Source: Pelagomonas calceolata (Eukaryota). Taken from it: a stretch of 64,000 bases of DNA. Under the pieces are notes generated by a model, which did no database searches, was not told the origin of the DNA, and saw only the letters and a list, made by a program, of their open reading frames with translations. Where the stretch lies: NCBI GenBank assembly GCA_918797485.1, contig CAKKNE010000004.1, positions 1,302,001 to 1,366,000 on the forward strand, read 5' to 3'. Both the position numbers and the translations under genes were made by a program. Positions within the stretch are counted from its first letter, which is position 1; every line of letters begins with the position of its first letter. Of the stretch, positions 1-11,383 are shown one piece after another.

Positions 1-726
1 CGCCGCGAGCGCGCCGTCCGTGGCCACCATCATGCCGAGCCAGCCGGCCGACGCGCTGAGGATCGCGCCGAGGAAGAAGGCGAAGGTCGTCAGCACGCCG
101 TCGAGCTTCGTGTGCTGGTCCTCCACCGAAAAAAGGGCGCAGAGGATGCCTCCCAACAAGACCACGAAGACGCTCAGCCACTTGTACTCCTCCTTCAGAA
201 ACGCCATCGCGCCTTCCTTGATCATCGCGCCGTACTTGTCCACCAAAGGACGGCCGACGTCCTTGCCCGTGGGCTCGCCCTTGAGCGAGAAGAACGTGTA
301 CGTCGTGAAGGCTAGTGCTAAAACGCCGCTGCGAGGGGCGTGGCGTCATGTCGCTGCCGCGCGATGCGATCGAGTCTCTCTCTCCCTAGCGCGCCGCGGG
401 CCCGCACTCCGCATCGAGGAGTCCTCGCTGCGTGCTGTGCGTGGCGCGCCGCCGCGGTCCCGCGCCAGGGCGACGGGGGTGGCACGCGCGTATCGCGCCG
501 CCGCCGCGGCCGCAAGCCAGCTCTTCCTGGAAGAGCGCCGGCCGCGGCGACGCGCGCCGGCGGTCCTCTGAACTCCCATCGCCGCGGTGCGCGGCTCGGC
601 GCGCCGGCGCGCCGTCGGCGATGCGTCAACTAGGCGAGCTGCTCAAGAGACACCGGCATTGCACCCGACGAGCGCCGGCAGCGCGATCTCGAGGACCGTC
701 TTGTCGTTCCGGGCGAAGGGGGCCAT
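1..726 (-). CDS. H+-translocating inorganic pyrophosphatase (V-PPase), 5' part; exons 726-665 and 328-~13; continues beyond window start
   Basis: GT-AG intron 329-664 joins MAPFARNDKTVLEIALPALVG to GVLALAFTTYTFF...MIKEGAMAFLKEEYKWLSVFVV...FFLGAILSASAGWLGMMVATDG, matching the N-terminal V-PPase motifs EGAxAFLxxEY and SxxAGxxGMxVAT. Absent from the ORF track as a single ORF. Confidence 0.85.
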
Positions 727-1152
727 CGTCCCGGCGGGTTGCGCAGCACCTGCGGCTGCCCTACCACTCGCACGTACCAGTCGGTGCGCGCGCAAACGTG
801 GCCCTTTGGTTGTGCGTACCAGCCGTGCTAGTAGCCTCAACTTTGCGTCTGCGTCTCGTAGTAGGGCCTGCCGGAGGCGCACGGCCTCCCGGGGAGGCGC
901 TCGGCGGAGGTTTACTCCGGAGCTGGGGGCCGCGCGCGTGACACGCAAACGACCCCGTGGAGGTCCCGGAGACCGGCGGACGCTGACGCGTGCCCGGTGC
1001 ATGGTGCTCTCTCGCGCCCACTCGAACGACATCACGGCAGCCGCTTCCTAGTGTCTTACATGCCGCTAGCTCCAGCTCTCCGAGTTTTGGGGCTTTTTTG
1101 TGGCTGCCAGACGTCGTGCCGACGCGCCGAGGTCGTTGAGCGACGCCTCAGC

Positions 1153-2442
1153 ATGCCCTCGCCCGCCCGCCGCGGCGGCTCCCAACAGCATGCACCAGCA
1201 ATCACGGCAGCAGCCCTCGCCCTGCGCTTTGCATTGGTAGCCGTCGCGTCGATAATCGACGCCTACAAGCCCTTGGGGCTGCGCTACACGGACGTGGATT
1301 ATGACGTTTTGAAGGACGGCGCGCGCGCCATGGTGCAAGGCGGCAGTCCGTTCCAGCGAGCGACGTATCGGTATTCGCCACTTGTATCATACCCTTTACT
1401 GTTAGATGTAAAGACGGGGCTACCGCTGGCCAAGCTGCTGTTCTGTCTGATGGACGTGCTGCTAGGCGACGCCATGGGTCAACTCGCTTCCCATCGAGGC
1501 GCGTCGTCGCACGTGCGGTTGCTCTGGTTGTTCAACCCGATCTCTATCGTTCTGTGCACGCGCGGGTCCTGGGACGCCGTGAGCGTTTATCTTGTGCTGA
1601 AAGCGCTACTGAGCAAGCGGGCTCCCGTGCAAGCGGGTTTATTGCTGGGTCTGGCGACTCATTTACGGCTCTATCCAGTCATCTATGCTGCGCCCTTCTT
1701 GTACAACCTCTGCTTCGAAGCACGACGACGAATTACGTGGGGCAGGGCTCTGGCGTTTGGTCTGGCGTTCGCTTCTGGTCTCCTCGGACCGACGCTCTAC
1801 GCCTATCATACATATGGCAATGTATATGTGGAGGAGGCCCTGCTTTTTCATTTAAGGCGAGCGGACCACCGCCACTCGTTTAGTGTCTTCTGGCTGCCCA
1901 TTTATCTTAGTAGGGCGCTGCAAGATTCAAGGTTAAACCTCCTACTCAAACTAGCGCCCTTCGCGGCTCATGTGGTACTGCAGGCCGCGTCACTCGTAGC
2001 CTTGAAAGATGATATAGATAAATGCGCCCTCGCCCAGACTTTGCTCTTCGTGGCCGCCAATAAGGTCTGCACCGCGCAATATTTTTTGTGGTGGCTCCCG
2101 TTGTTGCTTGTCGTCGTCGACGACTGGAGACTTATTTTAAGACCCTTGAGGAACTGGGTCTTGAGTTGTGGCCTCTGGCTGGTTGTTGCCTATGGGCTCG
2201 AGTTCCGCGGCTTACCGGTGCATATGTTACTGTGGGGCTGCTCCCTACTGTTCTTCCGGGCGAATGTGGATCTCTTAATAAGCGCCGTGTCGTCTCCACC
2301 ACCGGAGGCGAAGGCGCCTCCCCAAGTCCGCGTCTCGTCAATTGTGGAGGAGACGGACTCCTGGACGGACGACGGCGATACCGATGAGGATGTCGATGAT
2401 GAGGACCCGGGCGAGGCGTCGGGCTTTAGCTTGAAACTGTAA
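1153..2442 (+). CDS. PIGM: GPI mannosyltransferase I (PIG-M/GPI14)
   Basis: Motifs RYTDVDY, PFQRATYRYSPL, WLFNP, RxDHRH, NKVCTAQYFLWW; multi-TM. Start set at ATG 1153 (an upstream in-frame ATG at 1060 lies inside an intergenic motif). Confidence 0.92.
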   Translation: MPSPARRGGSQQHAPAITAAALALRFALVAVASIIDAYKPLGLRYTDVDYDVLKDGARAMVQGGSPFQRATYRYSPLVSYPLLLDVKTGLPLAKLLFCLMDVLLGDAMGQLASHRGASSHVRLLWLFNPISIVLCTRGSWDAVSVYLVLKALLSKRAPVQAGLLLGLATHLRLYPVIYAAPFLYNLCFEARRRITWGRALAFGLAFASGLLGPTLYAYHTYGNVYVEEALLFHLRRADHRHSFSVFWLPIYLSRALQDSRLNLLLKLAPFAAHVVLQAASLVALKDDIDKCALAQTLLFVAANKVCTAQYFLWWLPLLLVVVDDWRLILRPLRNWVLSCGLWLVVAYGLEFRGLPVHMLLWGCSLLFFRANVDLLISAVSSPPPEAKAPPQVRVSSIVEETDSWTDDGDTDEDVDDEDPGEASGFSLKL

Positions 2443-2492
2443 ATAACGATTTTGATGTGTGCACAGAGAGTCTTAAAACAGGGGTCGGGCGC

Positions 2493-2810
2493 TCACGCGA
2501 CGCGGCGCTTCTTGGCGGGCGGCTCCGCGAAGACCTCCGCGAGGACCGGCGCCGGGTCGGGTCGCGCGGCGCGGTACACGTTTTCGAGGAACTGCTGCTC
2601 GGCGAGGATCGCGCACGCCTTGCGCTTGTCCCAGTGCGTGAGGATGCGCGCGAAGCTCTCCGTCTTGCCCAGCGGCGGGAACCGCAGCAGACTTTGCTTG
2701 CCGGGGCTCTTTTGGGGCTTGTGAAAATCCCACGGCAGGCGGAACGTGCGGCGCTTGCCCGCGGGGGCGGCGTCGGTCATCTGCTGGCAGGGGCTGCGCG
2801 GCGTTCCCAT
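2493..2810 (-). CDS. small hypothetical protein
   Basis: ATG-initiated ORF (MGTPRSPCQQMTD...) filling the gap between PIG-M and the next gene; ends in an NLS-like PPAKKRR; no recognisable domain. Confidence 0.45.
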   Translation of the reverse strand: MGTPRSPCQQMTDAAPAGKRRTFRLPWDFHKPQKSPGKQSLLRFPPLGKTESFARILTHWDKRKACAILAEQQFLENVYRAARPDPAPVLAEVFAEPPAKKRRVA

Positions 2811-3294
2811 TTTGTGCTCTTTTGGCACCGGATCAACGCGCTGGCCAAAAAGCTTGCGACCCGAAAAACACGGGTTTTTCTGGAACGATCAAAACGTACT
2901 TGGGGGCGTAACGAGGCGCGAGCATCATGCTGGACGGCCTGAGTGAGAGTTCGCAGCCCGAATTAGGGCGCCAGCGAGCGATGGGGCAGCTTTTCGGGCT
3001 TGAGCGCACATGGAGCAGCCCACGGCTGCCCCGCGGCCGGTAGCGGTCCTCTGGCGAGGCCCGAGGCGTCCAGCGGGGCTGTCATTTTTTCTTCGGGCCG
3101 TTGTTGCCGTAAAGTCCACTAGCTTTCGGGCGGCAGTCTCCGGGAAATGGAGCTACTCTCGTTGGTTACGCGCGCGCAGCTCGTCGCACAACGAACGTAC
3201 AAACGATGAATTGCGGCAGCAGGTAAAACGGGCCGAGGCAGCCCGCTGAGCGAAATTGGAGCCGCTTTCGCGACGCTGGGGCTGCCAAAGGGAG

Positions 3295-6200
3295 ATGGTG
3301 CCGGTAAGGGCAATCCTGTGGAGCATGCTCCTCGCCACGGCGGCCGCGGACGGCACGATCCGCCCCTACGGTGCGGCAAAGGCTGCCCCGCTGCCCCTGC
3401 GCAAGAACGCCGCCGAGGCGTCGACGCCGCACCCTATTCATGAAGAACGCCGCCTCAGCCACGGCGCGCCCCACTGCGTCCAGGACGGAGCCTTTGTGGA
3501 GGACGCCTGCGACTTATGTTATGGGGGCTGCGGCGCCTGCTGGGTCTACCTGAGCGATTCCAATGAAGTGGCTTGTGTCGACGAATCGGTCCACGCGTCC
3601 TGGGACGGCATGGCGACCTGTGTCAATGAAGATACCGTACCGAACCGCTCTACAAAATGGTGCGGCGCGACGCCGGCGCCGACCTACTTGTACTGCGAGG
3701 ACGGTTATGTGGAAGATTGCGAGGGAGGACACTGCTGCCCCGAGTCCTGGGTCGGGAACGGCGACTGCGACGACCACTACGAGTTCCTGCAGCATTGTGA
3801 TTTATCTTGCTACGAGGAGGACGGCGGCGACTGCGTCGAGACGCCGGAACCCACTTCTGTACCCTTCGAGGGCTGTTGTTTTTGGTCCTCGTCCGGCGAT
3901 AGTTGTGGAGACTGCGACCAGCCCGCTGCCAATGTGGACTGGTGCTCGTTCTCGCGGAGCAACTGCGAGAGTTGTAGTAATGCGGAGTGGTGCGGTTCCA
4001 GTGATATCGCGCCGCACGCGCCGGCGCCCTCCGTACGACCAACACCACAACCTTCGCCAAGACCTTCGCAACCGCAGCCGACGGACGCCCAGACCGTCGA
4101 CGGTCGAGTGGTCTTGCCCGACGGCGTGAGTTGCGGTGGAGGGACCTGGCACCTGCCGCAGAGCTGCGAGACCTGCTCTGGATATATTGACGGGCGCTTT
4201 AGTCCGCTGCAGAACTGCGTGTATGGCGTCGGGACGAACGGCCGGTGGAAATGCAAAAACGAAGGGTCGGGCGACATCCTGGAGCTGGACAATTCTTGTT
4301 TTGAGACGCCGGAGCCGTCGGCGGAGCCGACGTCGGGCCCGGCGCGCGAATCAAATTTTGCGTGGCGCCTCTCGACTCATCTCCACGCGACTCGCGCCGG
4401 TCGCGACGGCGTGTTGGGGGGGTCCAGGCTGCCTCGACGCCATCGATGCGATCCACGTAACGCAACTGATGGTCCATCGCACACAGGCCGGAGCCGTCCC
4501 CAGAACCGACGCCCGAGCCGACGACGAACAACGTCATGACCGATGCTAATATCCGGACGGCCGTGCACCACTGGCTCGACGATTCATCGAAGGCCGAACT
4601 TCTGTACGGCCACATAAGCGACTGGGACACGTCTACCGTGACGGACTTTTCATATTTATTCTGTGGAAATAGTCAGTGGTCCGGCTGCCATGGGAACGCG
4701 GGCGCCTTCGACGAACCGCTCAACGACTGGGACACGTCCGCCGTCACGTCGATGGACCGCATGTTCTATTTAGCATCATCATTTAACCAAGATCTAGATG
4801 GATGGGACACGTCTTCCGTACTGACGATGGAGGAGATGTTCGTCGCCGCGTCGGCCTTCGACGGCCGTGTCAATGGATGGGACGTCTCGTCGGTGCGAGA
4901 CATGTCTTCGTTGTTCGAGAAGGCCTCGTCGTTCAACCAAGAGCTTAGTGGGTGGAACCCCGAGACGGCGACGTCCCTCCAAGCCATGTTCTCTGGTGCT
5001 ACGTCCTTCGACCAGAACATCGAAGGGTGGGACGTCAGTTCCGTAACGACGACGCAAGAAATGTTCTACAATGCGGCAGCCTTCAACCGGCCTCTGAATG
5101 ACTGGTCCCTAAATCAAGTCACGAATATGATGGCCATGTTCACGGAAGCGACGTCCTTCAACCAGGATTTGAGTGATTGGAGTCTCGACGGCGTCGCGGA
5201 TGCATCGGACATGTTCTGGGGCGCTACTGCGTTCGACCAAGATCTGGGGTGGTGCATTCCCGCCTATACCGGTATTGGGGGGCTGTTCGGGCAGACGAAG
5301 TGCTACAGTTATGATTGCGGCATCGCGGGAATCGCGGGTGCCAACGGCGAGTGCGAGACGCCGGAGCCTTCAGCAGAACCGACGCCGGAACCGGGCGACC
5401 CGACCGCTTCTCCAGTCTTCGCGCCGACGCCGCGGCCTTCTTCAGAGCCCTCCTCCGAGCCGACGCCGCGGCCGTCCTTACGCCCTTCATCGAAGCCGAC
5501 GCCGCGGCCCACAAACAAACCGAGTCGGCGGCCCACGCCCGCACCGTCGCCGCGCCCTACGCCTAGACCGACGCTCCGGCCGAGCCGGCGCCCGACGCCG
5601 TCGCCCTCTCCACAGCCCGGCGACCCCACGGCCGCGCCGGTCCTCGCGCCCTCTCCGAGGCCCACGCCGGCGCCGTCGCGACGGCCAACGCCGCGCCCGA
5701 CGCGGAGGCCCACGCCTCGACCGTCGCCGTCGCCTTCGGCAAGACCGACGCGGCGCCCGACGCCCGCGCCGACGCCGGTGCCCGGCGACCCTACGGCGGC
5801 GCCCGTCTTCGCGCCGTCGCCGCGCCCGAGCGCTCGGCCGACGCCACGCCCTTCACCGGCCCCGACGCCGCGACCGAGCGTCCGGCCGACGCGCCGCCCG
5901 TCGCCGATGCCCACGCCGCGACCTTCATCAAAGCCGACGAGACGGCCAACACCGCGCCCGACGCCTGCGCCGACCTCGAAGCCCACGCCGCGCCCGTCGC
6001 CGCGCCCATCGCCCCGGCCGACGCCTGTGCCATCGCCGGCGCCGTCGCCAAAACCTACGTCGAGGCCTACCGCGAGCCCGACGCCGCGGCCCACCGCTCA
6101 CCCCACGCCGCGGCCGACGCCAATGCCGTCCAGCAAACCGACGCCGCGCCCGACGCCGACGCCGACCGCGACGCCCGGCAGCCCCACGGCCAGCCCGGTC

Positions 6201-8861
6201 TTCGCGCCGACGCCGCGGCCCACCTCGCGACCGACGCCGATGCCGACTCGGAGACCAACTCCGAAGCCCACGCCGCGGCCCACGCCAATTCCCACGCCTC
6301 TGCCGACGGCGAGGCCCAGCCGCCGGCCCACGCCGCTTCCATCAATGAGGCCGACCCCGGCGCCGAGTCCGCGGCCCACGCCGTCGCCGACGCCCGCGCC
6401 CACGCCGAGGCCGTCGCCGTCGCCCACCGCGACGCCCGGGAACCCGACGGCGGCGCCCGTCTTCGCGCCGACGCCGAAACCGACGCCCCGGCCGACGCCG
6501 GCGCCTTCATCAAAGCCCACACTTGGTCCTACGACAACACCCTTCGAGGGCTGCTGCTTCTGGAGCTCGACCGACGACGTCTGCGCCTCCTGCGACGCGC
6601 CGGCGTCACAAACGGACTGGTGCTCCTTTTCTCGCGATAACTGCGAGAGCTGCAGCAACGCTCAATGGTGCGGCGCCAACGATGTCGCCCCGCACGCTCC
6701 ACTACCAACCCCGCGGCCGACGCCCGTGCCGACGATCTCCGCCACGACCGTCGCGTCGTCGGCTTTGGTGCTCGAGGGCGTCTCCGCAGACGCTTTCACG
6801 GCCGCCGACGCGGCCGCCGTCAAGGCGGCGCTCGAGGCGGAACTAGTCGGTTCGAAAGTGACGGACGTGACCGCGGTGGCCGACGACACTGAAGCTTTAG
6901 AGGAAGCCATCTCCTCGAAGAGCATGCACCGGCGGCTGGCGGAGTCGTGCGTCGTTTCTTTTGTGGTCGAGGCGCCTGGCTCTGATGGAAACGCTTTATT
7001 AACCCGGTTGGCAGATGCGGTCGCCTGCGACGACTTCTCTGAAAGGTTAGCAAACGACCCGCTGTACGCGGCCGTGGATGTGGAAAGATCCCAGACCTAC
7101 ATCCGGGAGCGGTCCGAGGTGGCGGTCATCGTGCCCGTGAACGATGATTCTACAGCCGAGGACCAATCATCCAGTACAAGAGAACCCTTCGACGCCGCTG
7201 GAGCTTCCGGCGGCGCCGCCGCCCTCTTCACGTTAATCGTCGCCGCCGCCGTCGTCGTCCGACGGCGGCAACGCCAACGCAAGGTCTTCGCGCCCGCGAC
7301 GGTCACGACGCTGCTGGACGACGTCGAGGCCGCCGAGGACGTCGTCGAGATCAACATCGACGGGGAGACGGCGACCGTCCCGACGCCGCCCGTGCACGTC
7401 GCGTCGCCGGACCAGGAACAAAGGGTGCGGAGCCTGTCGAAGGAGCCGACGACGCCCTCTGCGGCGCGCGGCTTCCTCGACTCGGCGCGCGGCTTCCTGT
7501 TCGAGACCTTTGCTCGCAGGCGGAAGGTCGAGCGCCTCTTGACCTTCGAGGAGGGCACGGCGTCGGTTCGATGGCCGGGGTCGGAAGATTTGGTGTGGAA
7601 CGGTGGGCTCGCTTCTGCGTCGACGGGCTACTCCCTTGATTGTTCGCCGGCCCAGCAGATGGCGCTCGAGTTGGTGAAGGGGGCTCCCTTGGCACAACGG
7701 GCGTCGACGCTGCGGACGGCGCTCGACTCGCTACGAGTCTCTTGGGAGGTGGGACGCGTGCAATTCACGGTTAGAAGAGACAATTGTTTTGGGGACGCGA
7801 TTAGTGTGTTGGGGGAGCTACCTCCAGAAAAATGGCGCCAGCCCTTCTTCGTGACGTTTCGGGGCGAGCCTGGTTTGGACGCGGGCGGCGTCTCGCGCGA
7901 GTTCTTCTACAAGGCTATCAGTGAATTAATGGACCCGGCGAAGGGCGTCTTTCGCACTGTCGAAGGCAGTACCTATTATCCGAACGACGACTTCGTCGTG
8001 GCCGATGCGTTGCAGGGTTCGGAAGAGCGCGTCCTCACCTTCGCGGGCAGACTGCTCGGAAAAGCGTTACTGGAAGGCCACCACGTCCCTTCAGGATTCA
8101 ATGGTGTCTTGCTCAAGCACCTTCTCTCCTTACCGGTGTCGCTGACGGAGGATCTGCGGTTGCTCGACGCCGAGGTCGCGCGGTCCTTGGAGCTCATCAG
8201 TGCGATGAACGACTCTCAACTCGGCGACCTGGCGCTGACCTTTTCCGTCGCGCGACCTACGCTAAACGGCGTCCACGACATCAGTTTGAGGGGAGATGGT
8301 TGCGAGGAGGTCACGGAGGGCAACGTGAAAGAATTTGCGAGACTAAGAGCCACAGCTGACCTAGGGGGGCAGCAGACCTCGACTATCGGTGCCTTAGTAA
8401 GGGGCTTCCGCGACGTCGTGCCTGGAGCTGCGTTACTCCTCCTGGAGTCGCCCGAGGAATTACGGGAAGCGTTAGCTGGTGTAGAAAACATAGATGAAAA
8501 CGAGTGGCGCCGCGAGACGAGGTTGAGAGGAGCGTTCAAGGACGCGCCTTCTCATAAGGTCGTGGAGTGGTTCTGGGCGTACGTGGCTTCCCTCTCCCAC
8601 ACAAAGAAGGCGGAGCTGCTCCGGTGGGCCACGGGGTCCGCGCGATGCCCCTTAGGTGGGTTCGCGAAGTTGCACGGGCGGGACGGCGTGTTGAGGCCCT
8701 TCACGCTGACGTCGGTGGAGCTGGCGCAGTGCGCGTACCCGCGCGCGCATACGTGCTTCAACCGCATCGACCTGCCGCTGTTTTCGTGTCAGCGCGATTT
8801 GATCGACGCGTTCGCGGTCGCGCTGGACCCGCGGCACGCCGAGGCGTTTTCTATGGACTAA
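3295..8861 (+). CDS. Single-pass receptor-like HECT E3 ubiquitin ligase (signal peptide, Cys-rich modules, DUF285/BspA-like repeats, Pro/Thr stalk, TM, HECT); exons 3295-4331, 4487-8861
   Basis: GT-AG intron 4332-4486 joins ORFs 3256..4539 and 4536..8861 in frame ([18 protein letters not shown]). FNQDLxxWDxSxVxxMxxMF repeats; [17 protein letters not shown] followed by [12 protein letters not shown] motifs [31 protein letters not shown] and catalytic [13 protein letters not shown]. Confidence 0.9.
4340..4486. mobile_element. Degenerate introner element (intron 4332-4486)
   Basis: Ends CGGCGCGCGAATCAAATTT...CATCGCACACAG resemble the family TIR; flanks GTCGGGCC/GCCGGAGC match 5/8; internal CGCCATCGA motif shared with intact copies. 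Confidence 0.65.
5360..6540 (+). repeat. Coding Pro/Thr/Arg/Ser tetrapeptide repeat (PTPR/PSPR) punctuated by PGxPTAxPVFAP units
   Basis: Directly visible low-complexity 12-nt-period repeat within the HECT gene. Confidence 0.9.
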
Positions 8862-8936
8862 TGTATATATAAGCGTATTTTCGTGAGCGGTGGGTAACGT
8901 GTGGATGTGTGCGCACAATCAACATATAGCTTACAC

Positions 8937-9638
8937 TCAGTAGTAGCCCGCGTGGAGCCAGAAACTCACGACGTGTCGGACGAGTTCCTTCGGGAGCATC
9001 GGAAACTTCGGCTCGAAGCTGCGCGTAAGCGTAGCGAGATGGGCTTGCTCGTGTTTCTTCCAGCCGCCGGCGTTTCTGACTCGTTCGATGTACGGGTGCG
9101 TGTTGTTCGTGGGGATCTCAGCGCCCGCGCGGAGTAATAAAGGCCACACACGGAGAAGATTCTGGTCGAGTGTCATCTCGAAAGGTGTCCTCCCAGAGTC
9201 ACTTCTTACATCTATATCAGCACCTGCGGCCAGGAGCATTTTGACGCAATTGGTGCGCGCCTTAGCCTTAGAACTTCCGCTTGCTGCAAAGTGGAGCGCC
9301 GTCCAGTGGAAATCAGACACAGCGTTCACATCCAGGCCCGCTTCGAGTAGTAACGACACCATTTTAATGTTTGCGACGTTAGCTGCATAGTGGAGTAATG
9401 TGTACCCATTATAATCGACCGCTTCCAAACTTGCCCCAGCGTCGAGAAGGAGCCTGAAGCAGGCCGTGATGTCGTCACCCGTAGCGTGGTAGTGTTCGTG
9501 TAAAAAGCACAAGTTGTGAAGAGGCGTTCTACCACGATACTCATTATCATCGGTTGCATCTGGCGACACACCTTCCGCAAGCAATCGCCGGAGCGTCTCG
9601 ACGTCACCGTTGAATGCGGCATCGTGGATGGGTGCCAT
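8937..9638 (-). CDS. Ankyrin-repeat protein
   Basis: MAPIHDAAFNGD, GRTPLH, GYTLLHYAA, WTALHFAA, LLAAGADID, GRTP; conserved-looking tail LPKELVRHVVSFWLHAGYY. Confidence 0.88.
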   Translation of the reverse strand: MAPIHDAAFNGDVETLRRLLAEGVSPDATDDNEYRGRTPLHNLCFLHEHYHATGDDITACFRLLLDAGASLEAVDYNGYTLLHYAANVANIKMVSLLLEAGLDVNAVSDFHWTALHFAASGSSKAKARTNCVKMLLAAGADIDVRSDSGRTPFEMTLDQNLLRVWPLLLRAGAEIPTNNTHPYIERVRNAGGWKKHEQAHLATLTRSFEPKFPMLPKELVRHVVSFWLHAGYY

Positions 9639-10012
9639 TGGGTGAGCGCGAGAGCAGCAGCTCCTGGGCCAGACCAAGAGAGCAGCTTGAGGGCCAGACA
9701 AGAGAGGCTAAGATATGGACGGCCGAGCGAAAACACACAGCCAGGCGCCGCGCGAAGACGGTGCGCCGATAGTGGTCCGCGCAGAGGCGACAAGCTCTCC
9801 ACTGCCAAGGCGGCGTTAGCTAGCGACCGCTAAGACACTAGAAAGCACAGTGCCTCCACTTTGCAGGCCGATAACGGTGCAGCTCACGGTTCTCCGGGTA
9901 AGGTAGACTCGCACCGGTCATAAAAAACGCTGCACGCGTCGACACCGGCGAAAACCGCGCGACAGAGGGTCCCACAGCCACCCCAAAAGAGCGTTGACGC
10001 GCGACCGCACAA

Positions 10013-11071
10013 ATGACGACGCGCCCGGCCGAAGAAGGCGACTACGACTGCGCCATCTGCCTCAGCCCCCCCGACCACCAGGTCCACCAGTGCCGGAACG
10101 GACATCTGTTCTGCGCCGAGTGCCTCGAGGAGTGTTTGAGTAGAGGCAGCGCGAAATGTCCCACGTGTCGAGTGGCGTTACCTAGAGAACCGATCCGCAA
10201 CCTGGTTGCCGAACGAGCGCTAGCGCGGCGGCCCGCGCGCTGCCCGCACTGTTCGTTGGATCTCACGCGAGGAGAACTGCAGGCGCATCTCTTACGGTGT
10301 CCTTCTAGGGTCGTCAAGTGTCAAGGAGAGGGCTGCGACTGGAGCGGGCCCAACGCGCCCGGCGCCTTGAAGGAGCACGAGTCAAAGTGCCCGCGCGCGA
10401 TACTGGCCAAAACATTGATACCGCTCAAGGAACGTATAAACAAGCTGGAGGCGACGGTACGCTCCTTACGAGCTGAAAGAGCAGGTTTGGTCAGTCTGCA
10501 CCCTCCAGGAGCGCCGCTGCGACTCGCCCATGGTTTGTGGCGAGTACGGGAAGAAGACGACACTTTTACCACTGTAGCATTGCCGTCGTTACGACTCACA
10601 GCAGGAAGGTGGTGCTACGAGGTCACGATGTGCAGCGAAGAAATAGTGTTCCCGCAGATCGGATTTGCAAGAGAGGGCTTCCGGCCGGGAGCCGAGCTGG
10701 GGGTCGGCGACGACGAGTTTAGTTATGCGTACGACGGCGACCGGTGCAAGCTCTGGCACGGTAGTAGGCACGACGACTTCGGGCGGGCGTGGGAGGCGGG
10801 CGACGTTATTGGATGCTATTTGGATTTAGATGAAGGTATTATTCTGTTCACGGTGAACGGTGATCTCGTGCCTTTTGATGACGGCGACGAGGATGGCATG
10901 AGACCGGCCTTCGACGGCGTTGTGGGAGGGAGGTGGTTCCCCGCGCTCACGCTCAAGAGCGGGACGTGCCGCGTGAACTTCGGGGACCGGGATTTAGATC
11001 ACCCGGAGGCGCTCGAGGGCTACTCGCCGGTGGCGCTCGCGGCGGCGCTGCACGAGCCGCCGCTGGATTAA
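10013..11071 (+). CDS. RING + TRAF-type Zn finger + coiled coil + SPRY protein (putative E3 ligase)
   Basis: CAIC...CRNGHLFCAEC...CPTCR RING; CPHC...HLLRC and C..C..HESKC fingers; SPRY motifs GRWCYEV, QIGF, GVGDDEFSYAYDG, GDVIGCYLDLD, VNFG. Confidence 0.9.
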   Translation: MTTRPAEEGDYDCAICLSPPDHQVHQCRNGHLFCAECLEECLSRGSAKCPTCRVALPREPIRNLVAERALARRPARCPHCSLDLTRGELQAHLLRCPSRVVKCQGEGCDWSGPNAPGALKEHESKCPRAILAKTLIPLKERINKLEATVRSLRAERAGLVSLHPPGAPLRLAHGLWRVREEDDTFTTVALPSLRLTAGRWCYEVTMCSEEIVFPQIGFAREGFRPGAELGVGDDEFSYAYDGDRCKLWHGSRHDDFGRAWEAGDVIGCYLDLDEGIILFTVNGDLVPFDDGDEDGMRPAFDGVVGGRWFPALTLKSGTCRVNFGDRDLDHPEALEGYSPVALAAALHEPPLD

Positions 11072-11383
11072 AGACATAGTAGGGTGTACTTCGGGCGTAC
11101 CCGTTTGTGAGGACTGCCGGCGAACGTCGCGCATATAGATGGACGATTCCTAGTGTCTCTACGACGCTAGCTAATCGCAAAGCTGCACAACGTAGGGCAA
11201 CCAGCGCATTTGTGGACCTCGCGAGCGCTTGGAAATTGTGCAACCCCTGCATTCACTGCGATCTGAGCGCGGGACCCGCAGCGGACGCCCACCTCACTCG
11301 GCTGGCCAAGGCTGCAGCCTGCACAAAGCTTCAGCTTGGCGAGGCGAGGCCGCCGACGCGCGACCAAGCACGGGTAAACGACG

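Noticed and set aside
312..333. CTAGTGCTAAAACGCCGCTG resembling the 23-bp intergenic motif
   Set aside because: Poor match, and it lies across the V-PPase exon/acceptor; probably chance.
5309..6658. Long Gly/Val/Arg-repeat ORFs on the - strand
   Set aside because: Antisense shadows of the Pro/Thr repeat in the HECT gene.
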